From assembly GCA_031416315.1 (NCBI GenBank), contig JANOTL010000124.1, positions 1 through 20,413 on the forward strand: a stretch of DNA of 20,413 bases, read 5' to 3'. The notes under the pieces are model-generated. The model was not told the origin of the DNA. It searched no databases and saw only the letters and a program-made list of their open reading frames with translations. This document shows, in pieces, positions 16,582 to 20,413 of the stretch (position 1 is the stretch's first letter; every line of letters starts with the position of its first letter). The translations under genes were made by a program, and so were the position numbers. This stretch comes from Pseudomonadota bacterium (lineage in GTDB: Bacteria; Bdellovibrionota_B; Oligoflexia; Oligoflexales; CAIYRB01).

Positions 16582-17568
16582 ATGACGACTCTACTCTTTG
16601 TCGCCGGAATGACCGCGGTCGCCTGCGTCTTCGCCGGCAAGCCGATCGATTTCCGCGACGAAGGCATGCGCGGTAAAACCGGCGAGCGCGTCTGCTACAG
16701 CGGCAAGGAGAGGTACAGCACCGATACCTTCGTCGACGGGGTGAAGGTGCGTTCCGTAGACTACGATGGCGCGGTGACGACCTGCGCCGAGAATCGGTGT
16801 GAGACGCGCGATCCTAAAGGCGCCATGCTCCGAGTCGTCGTCAGCCACTTGAGCGAGCCGCTCTTAATGACGCTATATGAGGGAGCGTCCGTCTCATCCC
16901 TCTTCTCCTGCATCGATGCCTCGGACACTCGACCGAGGATGCGTGACCCAGCCAATTGCACGACCGCCTTCTTCACGCCGAGCGGGAAACTGTCCGCGCT
17001 GCTTTGCGGCAACGGCTCGATCTCTTCGAAGCTGCGCGCGGCTTGTGCCTGGGACGGGAAGCCGAAGGTGACCGACGTTTATTTGAACGACGGGACGACG
17101 TACGCTCGCGTCACCTACAAGGCCCGCGAGCTGATGCAGGTGGCGTTCGTCGAGCAACGCGAAGGACGGACCGGAACAATCCGGAACCGCGTCGGGAAAG
17201 TTTTGGCGTCTTTCGCTTACGACGCCGAGGGACGGCGGCACGGCCTCGCCCGCGAAGGCGAGACAGAGGTGACCTATGAGCACGGGGCGCTCAGCCGTGG
17301 AAAGGTCGCCGAGGATGGCCCCGATCCGTTCGCCTTCGAATACTCCGGCGACGCCTTGACCCGCATCCACACCGAGGGCGGAAAAGTGAGGCGCTGCCCC
17401 TATCGTCGGCTCCAAAAGGGCGATCCCCAACAGGCCTTCGTCACTCTGCCGCCCGGCTACTCGGTCGGCGGACCCGACCGGCGCATCGACCGCTTCGACG
17501 CGCGCGCCGCGGAGATCACTTGGGATCTCGTGGTGAAGGGCTTCACGCCGAAGGGCCCCTGCATCTGA
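16582..17568 (+). CDS. Exported Cys-rich hypothetical protein with weak MORN-variant/YwqK-like beta repeats
   Basis: Hydrophobic N-terminus with possible AVA|C lipobox; many Cys; segments such as TFVDGVKV, YDAEGRRHG and TYEHGAL. Confidence 0.65.
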   Translation: MTTLLFVAGMTAVACVFAGKPIDFRDEGMRGKTGERVCYSGKERYSTDTFVDGVKVRSVDYDGAVTTCAENRCETRDPKGAMLRVVVSHLSEPLLMTLYEGASVSSLFSCIDASDTRPRMRDPANCTTAFFTPSGKLSALLCGNGSISSKLRAACAWDGKPKVTDVYLNDGTTYARVTYKARELMQVAFVEQREGRTGTIRNRVGKVLASFAYDAEGRRHGLAREGETEVTYEHGALSRGKVAEDGPDPFAFEYSGDALTRIHTEGGKVRRCPYRRLQKGDPQQAFVTLPPGYSVGGPDRRIDRFDARAAEITWDLVVKGFTPKGPCI

Positions 17569-17693
17569 TGGCATCGCATTCGCCGCCACCAGCCGTCCTC
17601 GCGTCCGTGCGCGTTTCCTTGCGGCCACATTGGCCCAAGACTCCTGATGAGTTCCGGCTCACCCACCGGCCAGAAGCAGTTTGCAGATCATGA

Positions 17694-19703
17694 TCACTCC
17701 TCCGACGACTCGCCCTCGGCAGGCGCCTTCAGCCGTCCCGCTTCCGCCGCCTTCACGCGCTCGAGCCGGTCCTTCTCCGCGGCTTCCGCCGCCGCCGCCG
17801 CCTTGACCAGATCGTCGACCGTCGTCGCGCTCGGGGGCTTCGGCGCCGGCGTTGTCGCCTCTTTCGCCGCGTCTTCCTTCGCGCCGCCGAAGCAGTCGTG
17901 CTGCCATACCGTCATCTTTTCGATCGGCAGCGTCTCGCCCGGTGCGCCGGTCTTCTCCTTCATGAAGACGATGTCGAAGGCCGCGAGCCGCTCGACGTCG
18001 GCGCGCTCGTTCCACGTGCGGCATAGATATTTGCCGTACCAGAGGCGGTAGCCTTTCTTCGTCTTTAGCCACAAGTTCATCATGAATTTGCGCCAGCGCG
18101 CGTTCTCGTATTGATCGGCGACGCGGAGCGGCTTGTCCCACGTCAGAGGCACGTCCGGTCCTTTGAGCAGGTCGAACTTCTTGCCCTTCGCCAGCTCCGC
18201 CTCGATCACGTACCAGCCGTCGTCCTTCAAGGGATAAGGCGCGAACATGTTCCACTTCTGGTCGAGCCTGAGGACTTGGCCTATGCGCCGAAGCTCCGGC
18301 CCCATGTCGTACTCGATCCACGGGATCGTGCGAATGTTCCACAGCACGATCCAGACGAAGGCCAGCATCGTCACGAGCTGCGTCAGGATCCCGCTGTTCA
18401 AAGGCCCGAAGCTTCGGAGCGGCAGGTGCGCCTCGCTGAGGCGCCCGATGCCTCCGCGGTTCTTCGCGATCCCTTTGTAGACCGCGTCGCCGATAGGCGC
18501 CAGGATTCGCAAGGGGAGGAGGCGCATCATCCAGCCGATGACCACGGCGTGCTCGAGCACCGCCACCAAGGCCAGCCAGCGGGTGTGGTGTGTGCCGTCG
18601 GCCGTGACGACGACCCAGGAGTTTTGCGCGGCGAGGAGCTTCTTTGCCGCGTCGTCGTCCTGGGCCGGCACGATCTTCGTCTCGGGGATCAGGAGGAGCT
18701 CGCGCAGGATCAGCACCATCTTCAAGCAGAAGCCGCAGTCGCGATCGTAGTACATCGTCAGCGCTGCGCGCGAAGGCGTCACCATCGTGCGCGCCATCGC
18801 CGTCATCGTGGATGGCGGCAAGAAGAGAAGCAGCGCGGCGATGTCGATCCAGGGGAAGAGCCCGAGGCGCATGCTCAGCTCGAAATTGAAATGCATCCCC
18901 GACAAAAGCACGACGGCCGCGAGCCGAGTGTAGGCGTTGAAGAAGGGCGAAAGCATCAAGAACGCCGCGGCGCCTTCCAGGATCAAGACGACGTAGGTCC
19001 CGAGCCAAAGCAGCTGCGGAAAATTGAGGAGCCAGGTGCCGTACGCGGAGGTGAGCTGGTCCAAGCTCAAGGCGTAATAGCTCGCCGAGCCCTCGACCCA
19101 CCATTCCTTCCCCGTCTTCAGCGCCATCGTCGCGACGTAGACGATCACGACTTGGAGCATCGCGACGACGCCGGGCAGGCTCAGGTAGCCGAGGCCCGCC
19201 GCGCGCGCGTCCTTCGCCAGCGCCGCGTCGACCGAGCGGATCCGCCCGAGCGGCAGGAACATGGCGAAGAAGAGGAGGACGCGCAGGAGGACGTCGCCGC
19301 CGTTCAGGACGATCGTCAGCCGGTTCTGGACCGACACCACGAGGACCCAGCACAAGACCGTCGCGAGGCGCGTGCGCAGGCCCACGATCATCGCGAGCGC
19401 CGCGAGCATCGCGACGACGAAAAGGAGCTGCTGCCAAAGGACCGAGCCGCTCGCCATGTGCAACGACACGTGGAACTTGCTCGCGAACTCGCCGGCGTAC
19501 GTCGCCACCGGCATGATGCCGGCGTCGCTGTAGTGGCCGCGCGCATCGCGGAAGCGCGCCGCCGCGTCGGCGAACACCAGCATTCCGAGCGCGACGCGGT
19601 AGATCGCCAGCGCCCGCAGGTCGAGCGTGAAGATCTCTGCCGGTGAAGAGACTTTCGGCGCTGCCTTCAGGCTCGACCACAACTCGCCCAGGAACCGGCG
19701 CAT
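17694..19703 (-). CDS. HTTM-domain membrane protein fused to a DCC1-like (DUF393) thiol-disulfide oxidoreductase domain
   Basis: DLRALAIYRVALG, QNR..IVLNGGD.LLR.LLF..MFLPLG...SVD, Q..IVY....LKTG.EW (HTTM); YYDRDCGFC (DxxCxxC); C-terminal LDQKWNMFAP. Confidence 0.88.
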   Translation of the reverse strand: MRRFLGELWSSLKAAPKVSSPAEIFTLDLRALAIYRVALGMLVFADAAARFRDARGHYSDAGIMPVATYAGEFASKFHVSLHMASGSVLWQQLLFVVAMLAALAMIVGLRTRLATVLCWVLVVSVQNRLTIVLNGGDVLLRVLLFFAMFLPLGRIRSVDAALAKDARAAGLGYLSLPGVVAMLQVVIVYVATMALKTGKEWWVEGSASYYALSLDQLTSAYGTWLLNFPQLLWLGTYVVLILEGAAAFLMLSPFFNAYTRLAAVVLLSGMHFNFELSMRLGLFPWIDIAALLLFLPPSTMTAMARTMVTPSRAALTMYYDRDCGFCLKMVLILRELLLIPETKIVPAQDDDAAKKLLAAQNSWVVVTADGTHHTRWLALVAVLEHAVVIGWMMRLLPLRILAPIGDAVYKGIAKNRGGIGRLSEAHLPLRSFGPLNSGILTQLVTMLAFVWIVLWNIRTIPWIEYDMGPELRRIGQVLRLDQKWNMFAPYPLKDDGWYVIEAELAKGKKFDLLKGPDVPLTWDKPLRVADQYENARWRKFMMNLWLKTKKGYRLWYGKYLCRTWNERADVERLAAFDIVFMKEKTGAPGETLPIEKMTVWQHDCFGGAKEDAAKEATTPAPKPPSATTVDDLVKAAAAAEAAEKDRLERVKAAEAGRLKAPAEGESSEE

Positions 19704-20170
19704 CAGAACCTCGCCCGGATGCCGCCGCCGGCGGTCGCGGTGAGGCGTGTGGTCGGCAGGGGTCCGACTGCCGGCGCCGCTTCGACGAAGATGGAGAGAT
19801 GGAGACCTTCGAGGTCGAGCTGCACGCCGAGCGGGAGGCGCAGACTCCAGCTTTCCGGCGTCGTCTCGTCTTCCACCGCCGCGCCGCGGGAGGCACGGCC
19901 CTCGAGGCCTATGCCGGCGTAGCCGCCGGCGCGCCAGCTCGCGCCCCGGGCGAAGCGCGGATGATGGAAGCGTTGCCAGTCGGCGTGCAGAAGCGCGATG
20001 TCGCTGCCCACGTGCGCGGCGACGTGATACGCCGATTCCGGGTCGGCAGCGTATTGGACGCTGAGGCCGGGCTCAGGCAGAACGGCGGCGCCGACGCCCC
20101 AACTCTCCGCGAAGGCGGGGACGGCGACGCTACTCGCGAGGACGGCCAAGAGTAAGGGACGAAATTCCAT
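19703..20170 (-). CDS. Small secreted protein, probable outer-membrane beta-barrel
   Basis: Signal peptide ending AFA|ES; WGVGA...PGLSV, GGYAGIG, LRLPLGV, IFVEAAP and C-terminal GGGIRARF; TGATG coupling to the HTTM gene. Confidence 0.78.
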   Translation of the reverse strand: MEFRPLLLAVLASSVAVPAFAESWGVGAAVLPEPGLSVQYAADPESAYHVAAHVGSDIALLHADWQRFHHPRFARGASWRAGGYAGIGLEGRASRGAAVEDETTPESWSLRLPLGVQLDLEGLHLSIFVEAAPAVGPLPTTRLTATAGGGIRARF

Positions 20171-20176
20171 ACTTCC

Positions 20177-20185
20177 ATGATATCA
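20177..20185 (-). promoter_or_regulatory. Extended -10 (TG-A-TATCAT), leaderless promoter for the 20170 gene
   Basis: Minus strand TGATATCAT-GGAAGT-ATG (6-nt spacer). Confidence 0.55.
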
Positions 20186-20193
20186 CGGGACAA

Positions 20194-20413
20194 GTGACGA
20201 CACAGATCTACCAAGATGCCATCCTGGAGCATGCACGCCAGCCGCGCGGCCTCGGTGCCCTCGTGCCCGCGGATGCCGACCATGAGGAGCTGAACCGCCT
20301 CTGCGGGGACGAGGCGCACGTCTTCCTGCGATCGGAGCCGGGTGCGACGGCGACCGCTTCACCCTCGATCGCGATCGGCTTTACAACAACGGATGCTGCC
20401 CTCGTCGAAGCGC
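20194..20413 (+). CDS. SufU/IscU (NifU N-terminal) family Fe-S assembly protein, 5' partial, not in the ORF track
   Basis: GTG 20194; MTTQIYQDAILEHARQPRGLGAL...ELNRLCGDEAHVFL matches the Y...ILDH...PRN.G...NP.CGD U-type scaffold motif; runs off the window end. Confidence 0.8.
   Translation, partial: MTTQIYQDAILEHARQPRGLGALVPADADHEELNRLCGDEAHVFLRSEPGATATASPSIAIGFTTTDAALVEA

Noticed and set aside
17568..17693. 41-aa ORF coupled by TGATG that exactly fills the intergenic gap
   Set aside because: Poor codon bias, no SD and no recognisable motif; cannot be supported without homologues

Overview
GC-rich bacterial chromosomal window that looks Bdellovibrionota/Myxococcota-like; this is an inference from an AgmX/PglI-type C-terminal domain, many Cys-rich lipoproteins and the promoter types. 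It holds about 21 complete and 2 partial CDSs. Recognisable genes: a serine racemase/threonine dehydratase-family PLP enzyme, a 2-Cys peroxiredoxin, a zf-TFIIB-type zinc-ribbon protein, an LpxR-family deacylase, a class I/II aminotransferase, a coupled YdcF/deoxynucleoside kinase/2H phosphoesterase trio, P5C dehydrogenase (PruA), a HAMP-only membrane protein, a J-domain protein, an HTTM-DCC1 fusion and a partial SufU/IscU-like gene. The rest are orphan secreted proteins and lipoproteins. I see no rRNA, tRNA, CRISPR array, transposase or integrase. The most interesting signals are a small lipoprotein ending in a six-Cys defensin-like (CxxxC...CxC) domain behind a sigma28-like promoter, a complete sigma54 promoter (UAS + IHF + -24/-12) driving the zinc-ribbon gene, repeated extended -10 promoters placed for leaderless translation, a GTAG-REP-like hairpin, and a 59-aa lipoprotein missed by the ORF track. 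All family calls come from motif recognition by eye; no searches were run.
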